64,000 nt of DNA from assembly GCF_963921235.1 (NCBI RefSeq), contig NC_086108.1, positions 103,108,001 through 103,172,000 on the forward strand, read 5' to 3'. The notes beneath the pieces are model-generated. The model was not told the DNA's origin and did no database searches. It saw only the letters and a list, made by a program, of their open reading frames with translations. The stretch is from Mobula hypostoma (lineage: Eukaryota). Both the position numbers and the translations under genes were made by a program. The number at the start of each line of letters is the position of its first letter. Position 1 is the stretch's first letter. Shown one piece after another: positions 36,060-49,399 of this stretch.

Positions 36060-36420
36060 AATTATGGTATACACAATTATGAGGGGTATAGAAAGGGTAA
36101 ATGCAAGCAGGCTTTTTCTACTGAGGTTGGGTAATGCTAGAACTAGAGGCTGTAGGTTAAAGGTGAAAGGTGAAATATTTAAGGGGTAACCTGTGGGGCC
36201 CTTCTTCACTCAGGAGGAGGTGAGACTGTGGAACGAGGGCCAGTGGAAGTGATCCATGTGGGTTCGATTACAACACTTAAGAGAAGTTGGACAAGTACAT
36301 GGATGAAAGGGTATGGAAGGCTAAGGTCTAAGTGTAGGTCAATGTGACTAGACACAATAATAGTTTGGTAAGGAACAGATGGACTGTAGGGCCTGCTTAG
36401 GTGCTGTATGCTCTATGACT
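36060..36420 (+). mobile_element. CR1/HER1 LINE 3' fragment
   Basis: AATTATGAGGGGTATAGA...AACTAGAGG...CTTCTTCACTCAG...GTGGAACGAG plus tail CTCTATGACT. Confidence 0.7.
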
Positions 36421-38581
36421 GTATATACAAAATTATTTATCCTGATGTTTGCCCATTTGTCAATCATCTTAACTCTATGTCTTCCACCATTCTCCCTACA
36501 GATCTGTCTATAGTTGGGGTATCTCTAGGACAATTCCTCTCAAACCTCTCTGTTCTAAGGATAATCTCAGTTTCTTATACCTCTTTTGTGCAATGGAATG
36601 GGATGGCACAGTAGCAAAGCAGTTAGCGTAATGTTTTACAGTGAAAACAATCAGCAATGTGGTTTCAATTCCTGCTGCTGTCTGTAAGGAGTTGGTATGT
36701 TATCCTTGTGACCGTGTGGTTTTCATAGAAAATATAACTTAATACAGCCCAATATAGGTCCTTCAGCCCATGATATTGTGCCGACCTTTTCGCCTACTCC
36801 AAGATCAATTCAACCCTTCCCTCCCATACAGTCCTCCATTTTCTATCATCCATGTGCCGATCTCAAAGTCTATTACTTGTCCCTAATGTATTTGTCTTTA
36901 CCACCACCCCTGGCAGTGCGTTCGATGCACCAACACTCTCTCTGTAAAGAACTTATCTCTGACATCTCCCCTATACTTTCCTCAAAATACCTTAAATTTA
37001 TGCTCCCTTATATTAACCATTTCCACTGGGTTAATCCAGTTTCCTCTCACATTCCAAAGACACTGGGTTAGGGTTGGGGTTAGTAAATTGTGAACATGCT
37101 ATGTTAGTGCCGGCAGCGTGGCGGGCTGCACCAGTACAATCCTCAGACTGTTTCGGTCATCGACGCAAGCGATGCATCTCACTCTATGTTTCAAAGTAAA
37201 TGTGACAAATAAAGCTTATCAACTCTGGAACCATTCTGGAAAATGTCTTCTTTACCGTCTTCAAGGAAACAGCTTTCCATAGTCTTGAGATGAACTTATA
37301 TATTAGAAATAATCTATCAGAAAGTTGTAAATGAGGAAAAGTTAATGTGGTATTCAAAATACTGCTGCACTCAGCAATGAAAGAGCTTAAATACCGCCTG
37401 GCCATTAAAACTTCTATATGTGCTGCCACTTGCAAGCTTTTAATTCCCTAGCCTTGAAGGTGAAACCAAACTGACAGCATTCACCCTGTCTATACCCCTC
37501 ATGATTTTATACAGCTCTGTCCCCCAAACCACCCTCACTTTGTTCAGTAAGTCCCATTCCCATCAATAAAGAGGCTACGTAGCATCCACGCCAGAACAAC
37601 CAAGCTCAAAACCAGTAGCTTTCCTCAAGCAGTAAGGCTAGTCATCACCTCCACCCACTAACTCCACAACTACTTTATTATTTCCTGCCAGTCACCTTAC
37701 ATACAGCCTAGCATCACTATATGGACATGCAATCTATGTATATAAGCTATCTTATACATATATATTTATTGCGTTTTTGTATTATTATTGTGCTCTTTAT
37801 CTTTTGTGTTTTTTTGGTGCTGCATTGGAACTAGTGTACAATTATTTTGTTATTTTTTACACTAATGTACAGAAAATGACATTAAACAACCTTGAATCTT
37901 GAACAGAGGAGAAAACAAGGAGCACAAATGCAGAGAAAGACGGAAGACGTTTTCCCAGTTGCTTGCACTTCGTGAGAAATTAAATCTAAATCTCCTTCCA
38001 TCACAGGTGATGTTAGAGTGCATTTTCAACTATCTCAAAACAAGGCCTACAGTGACTTCAAATACACCAAATGCTTATTAATCTTGCTACCGTCAGTGAT
38101 AGCTAGCTACCCAGGTTTCTATGTGTAATAACTTTTAAAACCAGCCTCAAGCTATGATAATGACAAATGTGAGTGTAATTCACCACTGCAGAAATTCTAA
38201 TGCCATACAAAACCAAAGTTGCGATCCTAATCTATCATTAAGGAAAAAAGGTATTATTTCACAGTTGACAATTTAATAGTAATTATCTTTTTTTCTTAAG
38301 CTATGACTGCCCGAGGCAGTGTTGGGAATTGGCAGTTAATTGCAATATAATTAGCTATTTAGACGAACGCTAAATTTTGACATGGTAAGCGACATTCATT
38401 TTACCCTGCTGACAGCTTCAATTGAAACCTGTACATTGCTTAGAAATAATTAAAGTACCTGAACTTGGCACTGTCCTTTGTAGATACCATGCCCTAATCA
38501 GATCCATAACATGTCACAGCGTGCCTCATTCCCCCTAATTTGCATGGCAGTTTCACCTTGTATTAATAACTTGTTATTGTA

Positions 38582-39540
38582 CACTCAGCGGCCATTTTAT
38601 TAGGTAACTCTTATACCTAATAAAGTGGCCATTGAGTGCATGTTCATGGTCTTCTGCTGCTGTAGCCTATCTACTTCAAGGTTTGATGTGTTGCGCGTTC
38701 AGAGATACTCTCATGCACACCACTGTTGCAATGTGTGGTTATTTGAGTTACTGTCGCCTTCCTGTCAGCTTGAACCAGTTTGGCCATTCTCCTCTAACCT
38801 CAGAATCGGAATCAGGTTTGATATCGCTGGCATGTTGTGAAATTTGTTTATTCTGCTGCAGCAGTACATTGCAATACATGACAATAGAGACAAATAGTTA
38901 AATTAAATAAGTAATTCAAAAAAATAGGGAATAACAAAGTAGTGAAGTAGTTTTCAGTGAACATTCAGAAATCAGATGGCAGAGGGGAGGAACCTGTTCC
39001 TGAATCATTGAGGGCATGCCTTCAGGCTTCTGTATCTCCTTCCTGATGGTAGCAATGAGAAGAGGGCGTGTCCTGGGTGGTGGAGGTCCTTAATGATGGA
39101 TGCCGCCTTTCTGAGGCACCGTTCCCTGATGATGTCCTGGACACTACGGAGGCTAGTACCCATAATGGAGCTGCCTAATTAACAACTCTCTCATTATGAT
39201 CTCTCTCATAACAAGTCGTTTTCGTCCACAAAACTGCAGCTCATTCGATGTTTTCTGTTTTTTTGCACCATCTCTGTAAACTCTAGAGACCATTGTGTAT
39301 GAAAATCTAAGAAGATCAGCAGTTTCTGACATACTCAAGCCACCCCATCTGGCACCAACAATCATTCCTCAATCATAGTCAATTCGATCACATTTCTTCC
39401 CCATTCTGATGTTTGGTCTGAACAATTGAACCTCTTGACCATGTCTGCATGACTTTATGCATTGAGTTGCTGCCACATACTCGGCTGATTAGATATATAA
39501 ATTAACGAGCAGGTGTACCTAATAATATGGTTATTGAGTG
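38582..39540 (-). mobile_element. Non-autonomous Tc1-like element interrupted by a Rex-like LINE tail (~38800-39180)
   Basis: TIRs CACTCAGCGGCCATTTTATTAGGTA / TACCTAATAATATGGTTATTGAGTG with TA flanks; MIVGARWGGLSMSETADLL remnant. Confidence 0.85.
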
Positions 39541-39651
39541 TATATTTGCTATGGATCCACAGCCTTCTTTGTCTGACTATTGGTAATTATGCCAAGGCAC
39601 TAAACTCTGGAATTCCTGCCTTGCCTAAATGTGAATTTTATTTATGTGATC

Positions 39652-40032
39652 TAGGGATCTCATTAAAACCTACCAAATATTGAATGACCTAGATAGACTG
39701 GACAAGGAAAGGATGTTTCCTATTGAAGGGGAGCCTAGGAGGGCACAGCCTCAGAATACTAGGACATCTCTTAGAACAGAGATGAGGAGCAATTTCTTTA
39801 GCCAGAGGGTGGTAAATCTGTGGAATTCATTGTCACGGATAGCTGTAAAGGCTGAGTCAATTGGTATACTTAAGCTACTGGTTGGTAGGTCCTTGATTAG
39901 TAACAATGTCGAAGGTTATGGGGTGTAGGCAAGAGAATGGAGGTGAAAGGGATAATAAACCAGCTATGATGAAATGGGGGAGCAGACTCGATGGACCAAA
40001 TTGCCTAATTCTGCTCCTATGGCTTATGGTCC
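39652..40032 (+). mobile_element. CR1/HER1 LINE 3' fragment
   Basis: LDRLDKERMFP...RSNFFSQRVVNLWNSL plus 3' UTR. Confidence 0.8.
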
Positions 40033-40129
40033 AAACATGCTTTTCCATCTCTGCCCTTTCAGAACTACTGAACTAGTCACAAGTTCTGTAATCTCTATGC
40101 AACCCTGTCAAACTTGCAATTGGATGCTT

Positions 40130-43100
40130 GTGAAGAAACACGAGAGGAGGAGAAGGCGTCAGAGGCATGGGAGGCCTCTGTCAGCAGGGTACAGTGCTCG
40201 TTAGTGGTCCCCTGCAGTGAAGTGACCACGGAAAGCCTGCCCCGGGGAGTGGTAGAAGAGATTGTGGCAGAGTTGAGAACTCTGTTGTTATCGGCGGGTG
40301 TGACCACACCCCCCCCCCCAAATGATGGAGCTGATAGGGAGGCAGATCCTCTAAGGGGACAGACTAGGCAGAGAGCTGCTAGCAGTTGGTATCACACGAG
40401 AAGGGGAGCGGTCGGTATTGTCTGTTACAACTGTGGTGACGAGGGACACCTCAGGCAGAGTGTGAATGACAGGAAACCCTTCGGAGAGTGAGCCCCCGGG
40501 TTCCCAAGCAGAGTCGTCTAGAAAACTTAAAAGAGACCCAGTGAGGGGATGGCCTGGCGTATTGTGGGGGACACATTCCCAGCAATATATGAAGGAACAC
40601 CCTAAAGCAAAGAACCATATTCCTGAAGGCTTAGTGGGGCCAAGCTCCAGTGTATTGCTAAAGATAGAGGGTATTTATGCTAGAGCCATAATTGACACAG
40701 ACTCGCAGGTCACTTTGCTGTATCATTCATTTTACAAGCAGTATTTGACGCATTTACCATTGACGCCACTCAGTGCACTAGAGATCTGGGGTCTTAGTGC
40801 GGGTGATTATCAGTATGATGGTTATTTGTCAGTGAAGCTGGAGTTTTCGGAGGCTGATATAGGAGTGGCTGAGGCCCTTGATACATTAGCGCTAGCTTGT
40901 CCAGACCCCGTTGAGAAGGGCAGCATTTCAATTCTTGTGGGGACCAACACTCCTGTTGTGAGGAGGCTCATGGGAGCCTGCAAGGAGAAAGCTGGAGAGA
41001 GCTCCCTGAGAACACTGTCCATTCACCTGGTGTTTCGAGCTGCTTTAGAGGAAGTGTGTGGCTGCACTGGGCTGGATAACGAGTTTAGATGAGGGACTGT
41101 GTGGTTCACCCAGGCCAAGCCAATCATGTATAGCCCGGGGAAGTAGCGAGAGTAATGGGAAACTCCAAATTTCCCGGAATGCCCAGAGCGAGGTCCTCTT
41201 GTTCTTGGAGGATGCTCCGGAAGACCACGAAGAGGAGTCAGGAATGCCTGCTGGGTTACTGGTGAGGCCCGAACTGCAGAACTGAGGTGGGATGCGAAAT
41301 GTGAAGAGGCCTTTCAGTCGCTGAAGGAGATGCCGAGCCTGTGCTGGCTTTTGCAGACCCCTGATTGCCGTATGTACTGCACACGGATGCCAGCAGAGAG
41401 AGCTTAGGGGGTGACCTGGTTCAGGATCACGGCACCGGGTTGAGATCTGTTGCGTTTGTCAGCCGGAGTCTGTCGCACCCTAAGAAAAACTACCCTACAC
41501 ACAAGTTGCTGGCGTTGAAATGGGCTGCGGTGGATATGCTGAGTGACTACCTCTATGGTGCCAAGTTTGAGGTGAAGACAGACAACAATCCCCTAACTTA
41601 TATCCTGACCTTGACGAAATTGGATGCCACAGGCCATCGGCGGTTGGCGGCATTGTCTGCCTATGATTTCAGCTTGAAGTACCAGCCGGGATGCAGGAAC
41701 ATTGATGCTGATGCTCTGTCCCGACATGCGCATGAAGGGCTGGACAGGGACGAAGAGTGAGAGAGCGTTCCTGCCCTGGGGTTGAAAGCCATGTGTCAGT
41801 TTGCCAACACGGTGAAGGCAGACAGAAGGCAAGGGCAGGATCGAGCGGTAGATCAATTGGGAGTTTCTGATGACGCCATTCCACAAGTTTACTGTAACCT
41901 GACTGCTCTGAAGACAAACCAGTTACCAGAATTGAGATCTGGGGAAGTGACAGCCGCTCAGCGACATGACCCAGGCATCAGTACCATTTGGTCAGCGGCC
42001 GAAAAGGGAGACATGGCTCAGGCAGAGAAGATGAAACATGTGGCGGTAGCTCCATTACTGAGAGAATGGCCTAGGTTGGAGTTGAGGAATCAGATCCCAT
42101 ACCGGGTAACGTCACCTCTGGGCTGACCTCGGTGTTCCCAGCTGGTTCTGCCTGAGAAGTATCGGAGGATTGCGTTGAATGATTATTCTGGACATTTGGG
42201 GGTTGAAAAGAACTATGGATTGCTCAGAGACCGGTTCTACTGGCCCCGAATGAAGCCGGAGGTCGAAGAATACTGCAAGACGTGCATTCGATGCATATGG
42301 AGGAAGACGCTGCCTACGCGGGCAGCTCCCTTGTCCCACTTGCTGAGTGCAGGGCCCCTGGACCTGGTGTGTATGGATTTCCTATCAATAGAACACGATG
42401 CCAGCAACACAGCGAATGTCTTAGTCACCATGGATCGCTAAACCAGATATATGCAGGCTTTTCCTACCAAGGACCAGAGGGCATCCATGATGGTCGAAGT
42501 GTTATGGGAGAAGTATTTCATTTATTATGGCCTTCCCAGGTGGATACACAGTGATCAGGGATGGGTTTTCGAGAGTAGGCTCATCCACAACTTACTGATC
42601 ATGCTTGGAGTCAAGAAGTCAAGGACTATTCCCTGTCACCTGCAGGATGATCCCCAGCTCGAGAGGTTTAATTGGACCTTGCTAGACATGCTCGGGACCC
42701 TGGAGATTAGCAAGAACAGCAGGTGGAGTCAACATATTGGGCATCTGGTCCACTGTTACAACTGTACCCGAAATGGAGCTACCTAGTACTCGCCATATTA
42801 TCTGATGTTTGGGCGCGAGGTGAGGTTGCCCATTGACCTTTGTTTTGGGACTGACAAGGGCGACCTACCACCGAAGACTCATCTGAAGTATGTGTCTGAT
42901 ATGAGAAGGGAGCTGAAAAAGGCTTATGAGTTAGCTGGGGTCGCAGCTGCCAAGCAGAATCAAGGAAATAACAGGAGGTATGATCAAAAAGTTAGATTCT
43001 TCCAACTCACGCCAGGAGACCAAGTCCTCATAAGGAATTTGGGGCTACTTGGGAAACTTAAGTTGGCCGACCACTGGGTGACTACGCCCCATGTGGTGGA

Positions 43101-43840
43101 GAGTCAGGTGCCAAACATACTAGTTTTCCGGGTGAAAGCAGAGGATGGGAATGGGCCTGTCAAGATTCTCCATCGGAACCACCTTCTGCCCCTGGGACAA
43201 GAGGTGCAGGTTGACCCAGAGCCCGACCTGGCGCCTGCGCCTAGTAAGAGGACTCTGTGGTGACGCGGGGCCACTGCAGGACCAACAGCAGAGAGATTAG
43301 GCCAGCCCCGGCTCCTGAGCGGGATACTGATTCGGAGGATGAGGACATGGGGGTGTGATCTATGCTGCCTTTTGCTAACTCCCCACTAATTGAGGAAGAG
43401 ACTCCCAACCTTTCTCACACTGAGTCAGGTGAAATCGGTGGGGGGGTACCTGTGGACAGCCTGGGTTGCAGCGGGACCCTGCAAGGGATGAAGCGAGGCT
43501 CAGGCAAGGGACAGAGGGGTCCGCATTGCAGATGGGCAGGAGTGATAGGCCAGGGAAGGCCTCACCAGGTAGACCAGGAGTATCCCTAGTAGTGTTGGAA
43601 CATGAAGAGGTAGATAAGAGGGATGGATGTCTCAAAGAATTAGGAGACCACCAGATAGGTTTGCCCACAGTATTATAGCACTGGGGAAACAGAGTGTGGC
43701 CCCTACCACTGTGGGGAGCTATGTCACTGTCTTTTACACCTGGCTTGGACTTTGTGTTTTGCAGAAAGGGCTGGCAAATTATCTCAAAGTCATGAGGACA
43801 TGACTACATGTGGTGGTGGAGGGTGGTGGGGGGGGGAGAG
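40130..43840 (+). mobile_element. Gypsy/Ty3 LTR retrotransposon internal region, defective (gag end, protease, RNase H, integrase; RT core absent)
   Basis: CYNCGDEGH zinc knuckle; AIIDTDSQVTL protease; YVLHTDAS...AFVSRSL...TDNNPL RNase H; SGHLG...CKTCIRC, DLVCMDF, IHSDQG, ERFN integrase; G-rich PPT just before 43841. Confidence 0.92.
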
Positions 43841-44412
43841 TGTAATGCCCCGGGAAAGGTTTCACTGCTAATGTAATGGTTTCTCTGTAACAGCAGTGTT
43901 TGGGTTATGACTAGAGATAACGGGGGCTTTGGAATGTGTGCCATCCAATGAGGTGAGTGGTTTTCCTTTCTTGTGTGCCCAAGCACAAGGGATTCACGGT
44001 CTTTTGTTCGGTGGAAGATGGAGAGAGAAGGTGCCAGAACGGAGAGGTCGTAGGCTGAAGGACGGAGCGCACCTGCAACAGGGGCGAGAGTCAACACCAC
44101 CCGGGGGAAATCAGTGGAGGTCTAATGGACAGGAAACTGTGAGCTCCAACCTGCACATGAGACTGTTTCAGTGAAATGGGCCTTTTTCCTTTTGTTTTCT
44201 TTACTAACCCTCTAGTCAAATTAAGAATTACAAAGCTAAATTGTTTAGCTGCATATGAGGTACTGTTTGTTATTTTGTGGTACTGAGTTGTAACAGGGGA
44301 ACACATCACGCAGCATCCACACAAACGAGAGGTTTTGCACCTCAGGTTTCTCACATTTTGCAGGGCCAGACACTGTCTAGACTAATGCCGCCAGCCAAAC
44401 CTGAGGGTTACA
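43841..44412 (+). repeat. 3' LTR of the Gypsy element (572 bp)
   Basis: Starts TGTAATGCCC directly after the PPT and ends GGGTTACA (TG...CA inverted termini). Confidence 0.8.
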
Positions 44413-44764
44413 GCTCTCTGGGTTAAGGGGCCTTCTCTCACGAGTTCAAAACCACACTGGAATAGTGGCTACGCTTTCAGTTAAGTTTACTGTCATGTGC
44501 ATCAGTACGGTGAGGTACAGGTACAATGAAAAACTTGCTTGCAGGAGAATCACAAGTACATTGGTACCAACAACACACAACATGGAATTAAACAAGACAG
44601 TGAAGGGAGAGAAAAAAGTCTGCAAAAACAAGACGTTAGTGCTAAAAAGATATAATCAGAGACAAGTCCAGGTTTTGCAAGAGATGGCTCTTAGTGTTCC
44701 ATTGCTGAGGTAGGGTTAGGGTTGTGCAATTCATTTCAAGAAGCTAATGTTTGTAGGAAAGATA

Positions 44765-44905
44765 AACTAACAAGATTCTGCAGATGCTGGAAAGACAGAG
44801 TAACACACATAAAATGCCGATGAAGGTTCGCGGTCTGAAACATCAACTCTTTGTTCCTTTCCGCAGATGCTGCCTGACCTGCTGAGTTCCTCCAGCATTT
44901 TGTGG
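44765..44905. mobile_element. Short inverted PLE terminal remnant with degenerate hammerhead
   Basis: Minus-oriented terminus ACAAGATTCTGCAGATGCTGGAAA joined to plus-oriented CGATGAAGG...TGAAACATCAACT...AGATGCTGCCTGACCTGCTG. Confidence 0.65.
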
Positions 44906-46296
44906 TTGTAGGAAAGAAACTGTTCCTGAACCTGGTCGTGTGGGACTTTTGTACCTCCTGCCAGAAAGCAGCAGAATACTTTGAAAGTATTTTACGGGCG
45001 CAAACACACACAAGGACATTTGAAAAAGATAGGAAATCTACTCTGCCATTCTAAGCTTCCAACTGATCTACTGGATCAGTTCCATTTTCCTGCACTGTTC
45101 CAATGAGCCCTTGATTCCCTCAATGTCCATCAATTTGCTTTCAATGAACTCAATGGCTAAATCTTCCACTGTCCTCCAGGGGAGGAAACCTCAAAGATTT
45201 GCCACTTTTTGCATGAAGAAGCCTCTATTCCCACCATCTCTGTGCTGGAATGAGGCTGTGGACTGCAACTAGTGGACTTCCGGATCAACTCTGTGATGCC
45301 TGGCTTTGTGAGCTTCAGCATTTGTGAGTTCTGAATGCTGTTTCCTTGCTTTTATTGTTTGCATGACTTTTTTGCTGTCTGTTTGATAGTCTTCTTTTAT
45401 TTTTAATGGGTTCTATTGGGTTTCTTTGTTTCATGGCTACCTGTAAGGAGACAAACCTCAAGGTTGTATAAAGTATACATAACTTGATAATAAATGTACT
45501 TTCAACTTTAAACATCTCAATATTTATTCTATGACTAATCACTGAACGTAGACTCCGACACCAAGGAAAACATTCTCTCCACATCTTTGTTCAGCCTTGT
45601 TAAAATTTTGTAAGTGTCAATAAGACCTCTAGACTACAGGTCTGGTCTACTCAATTTCTCCTCAGACGATAAACTCCTCATCCCCAAAATCAATCTAGTG
45701 AAATTTCTGAGTTCTATAGAAGCTTGTCAATGTTTTTGGTGACATGCTGAATCTACAATATCTTCCCTTCACAAAATCGAGAGCACTATCAATAATTAAT
45801 CCCTGCTTCTCCAAGTGCAGATTAATCCTGTCCTTCACAATTTTTTTCCCAATAATTTCCCTATCACTGATTGTGAACTCACCAGGCTGTAATTACATGG
45901 CTTATCCCTGCTGCCCTGCGGCCACAAGCACCCTTCCACAGCTAGAGACGATTTGAAAATTTCAATCAGAGCCCCAGCATTCTCCTCTGCTGCCTCCCAT
46001 GTACAAGGTCACACTTTGGACATCAATCTCTCATTATTAAAAAAAAAATACTCTGCTTTCACCAAATTGGAAATATGTGCTGCATAAATAGGTATTTTTG
46101 AGCACAGCTTGGATAAGGAGTAGCTCTGTACAGTATAATTCCATGAGGCAACACAGAGTGAAACAGGTTTTATTCTATTTTTGTGCGATCTTGCAAACTT
46201 AGCAACCGCATCCTATCATACATATAACAAATGGGCATAGAATGAAAGGAAGACAGAAAACAATGAATGATACAGCATGCATCAAGATTCGGAGGC

Positions 46297-46976
46297 TATA
46301 AGACAAGACACTGGAGGAGAATTATCCCATTCAGCACATTGAGTCTGCTCCACCATTCAATAATGGCTGATTTAGTTTTATTTTAACCCCATTCACCTGC
46401 CTTCTCCCTGTAACCTTTTACACCCTTACTAATTAGATTAGATCAGATTCAACTTTATTGTCATTGTGCCGAGTACAGATACAAAGCCAATGAAATGCAT
46501 TTAGCATCTGACCAGAAATGCAAAGAATAGTGTTATTTACAAAATAACTGCAAACAAAAAAAGTGCTAGAGCACACAAATATAAAAGTACTGAGACAGTA
46601 CAATATGGGTGCAATGCTGCTTAGCGCTGTGATGTGAGATTCAGCAGGGTCACAGCCTCAGGGAAGAAGCTCTTCCTGTGCCTGCTGGTGTGGGAGCGGA
46701 GGCTCCTGTAGTGCCTACCGGATGGGAGGAGAGTAAAAAATCCATGGTTAGGGCGAGATGCATCCTTGATAATCAGAACCTATCGACATCTGCTTTAAAT
46801 ATGCCCAATAATTTGGCCTCCACAGCCATCTGTAACAATGAATTCCACAGATTCACACACGCAGGCTAAAGAAATTTCTCTGTTCTCTGTTCTAAAGGGG
46901 TGTCCCTCTACTCTCAGGCTCTTGGTCCTAGACTCTCCCACTGTTGGAAACATCCTCTCCACGTCCACTCTGTCCA
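46297..46976 (-). mobile_element. CR1 3' fragment interrupted by a Rex-type tail (~46434-46772)
   Basis: CR1 reads CCTTACTAAT and resumes CAGAACCTATC; insert begins with (TTAGA)n; minus ORF DRVDVERMFPTVGESRT. Confidence 0.75.
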
Positions 46977-48604
46977 AGGACCTCTGGATTAATGGTAATG
47001 CTCGAAGGCATAAAAAAGGTTGGGAGCCCTTAGTCTAGGCCTTTCAATTAGGAGGTTTGGGATATTTGGTTGTTACCAAGGACTCCAGCAAATTTCTACA
47101 CAGGGTTGTAGGCTCAGTCAGCTCCATTTGTGTCACAACCCTCCCCACCATCAAGGACATCTTCAAAAAGCAGAGCCTAAAGAACGTGCTTCTATTCTGC
47201 ATGGCCTTAACCATCCAGGGCATGCCTTTTTCCCATTACTACCATCATGGGAGAAGGTACAGGAGCTTGAGGACAATCAAAGTTTTAGGAACAGCTTCTT
47301 TCGCTCCACCGTCAGATTTCTAATGATCCATGAACACTACCTCATTATTTTGCTCTCTTGGATTATAAGACCATAAGATATAGGAACAGAATTAGGCCAT
47401 TTGGCCCATCGAGTCTGCGCTACCATTTCATCATGGCTAGTCCATTTTCCCTCTCAGCCCCAATCTCCTGTCTTCTCCCCGTATCCCTTCATGCCCTGAC
47501 TATCAACCTCTGCCTTAAATATACGTAAAGACTTGGCCTCCACAGCTGCCCGTGGCAACAAATTCCACAGATTCACTACTCTTTGGCTGAAGAAATTCTG
47601 CCTCTTCTTCACTGTAAAAGGGCATCCTCTATTCCGAGGCTGTGTTCTCTAGTCTTAGACTCTCCCACAATATATTGCAAATTCTCGTATTTTTTTATAT
47701 ATTGCACGGTACTGCTGCTGCAAAACGAAGGATCAGGGGTCAACCTTAATCGCTATGTACACTTACATATATTAGGAGTTTGCTGTGGTGTGTTGGTGTG
47801 ACATACAACAAAATAAAACATATAAGTACAGGGAGTGAAGAGTTATATAAAATCAATTTTAGAAGTTAAGGAACAGATATGGAACAAAATGTGCATAAAT
47901 ACATAATTATCAGCATGTATTTACAATGTAAACAGCATTATTAAAAGTGATTTTAAGTGTTTTTACAGTGCAGTGCAGTGAGGGATAATTAGTGGTTGGT
48001 CAGATTAACTGCTTGGGGGAAGGAACTTTTAAGATGGTATGAGGTTTTTGTTTTAACAGCTTTCTAGTGCTTCCAGAAGGCAGCTTTTGGGAAAGGCAGT
48101 TTGCAAGCTGGGTGGTGTCCACAATGTAAACCCGATTCTGATTCTACATTTCCTGGTGTCAGGATGCGCTTACCACCCACGTAAAATACGTCTGAAATTT
48201 AGTCACCGTTGAATCACGGCACACAGAGAAATTGTCAAACCACTTCATTGGTTTTCATTATTGGTGAATCCACATTAATACAATGAACTGAATTTAAGAT
48301 TGTCAAAAACCTTCAGCCTAGAGGTACCATGGAAAGCAATTATATTCCACCGACAAAACAGTCCCTAAATCTTATTAAATTCATTCATCCCTTCCGACTT
48401 ATGCAGAAATTTCTCTGAAGGCATCACTTTAAATTGTTATTCGACCATAAATGGAGGAGATCCTCGATATCACAACTATTCCTGGGGCAAAGGACAGGAA
48501 CGGACTAACTGAAACATGAGACTCAAGCAATTCTCTGGAGTCGTTCATTATCCCTTAATGTGACCAATTATAATCCAAAAGCACAAGAAAATACTCTAAG
48601 AAAA

Positions 48605-48855
48605 GATCGGGGTTCAATTCCTGCTGCTCTCTGTAAGGAGTTTGTACGTTCTCCCCGTGACCCCTGGGTTTCCTCCGGGGGTGCTCCAGTTTCCTCCCAC
48701 ATTCCAAAGATGTACAGTTAGGGTTAGTGAGTTGAGGGCATGCTAAATTGGTGCCAGAAGCGGACTGCTCATAGAACATCCTTGGACTGTTTTGGTCGCT
48801 GACGCAAACAACGCATTTCACTGTATGCTTCGATGCGTATTTGACAAATAAATCT
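48605..48855 (+). mobile_element. tRNA-derived SINE, head truncated
   Basis: GGGTTCAATTCC B-box-like motif; family body and tail. Confidence 0.75.
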
Positions 48856-49399
48856 TTAATAAAGGTAATCTTCCCCCATTCAGAGATTAAGATTAGCTTT
48901 ATTTGTCACATGTATAATACTGGCTGTCTTGATCAGTCAGTTCAAGAAAAGAAAACGCTTAGAGACAGCTGCTTCAAGTGATGTAAGGGTGGGGGTAATA
49001 TTGGTCAGAACACCAGGCAAAACATCATATATCAAACAGAGTTGATATTGAGGATCGATGCCCGAAGGTCAATGGTAAGTCCATAAGTCAAGGTATAATG
49101 GCTGAAGCCTTGGGACTGCAAGTCTGTGAGGCCCAATGCCTGTGAGTCCGCAAGTCTACCAGGGGCACAGAAGCGAGTAGCATATCCTAGGTCAGAAGAC
49201 TGTCTGTACATGTGAGTGGGCTTGATTTGCTGTTGTTAGTGCTACTGTTGCTTGGTTTGTACTGCTGAGCACTGGGGGCATACTAGGGTGGTGCTGAAAT
49301 GTGTGATGATACTTGCGGAATGCTTCAAACACATCCTTTGGGTGTGTTGGTTATTAACGTGAATGAGGTATTTCACTGTATGATTCAATGTACGTGTCA

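Noticed and set aside
37257..37314. Possible minus-strand exon (LFLIYKFISRLWKAVSLKT)
   Set aside because: Weak splice context and unrecognisable peptide; consistent with chance.
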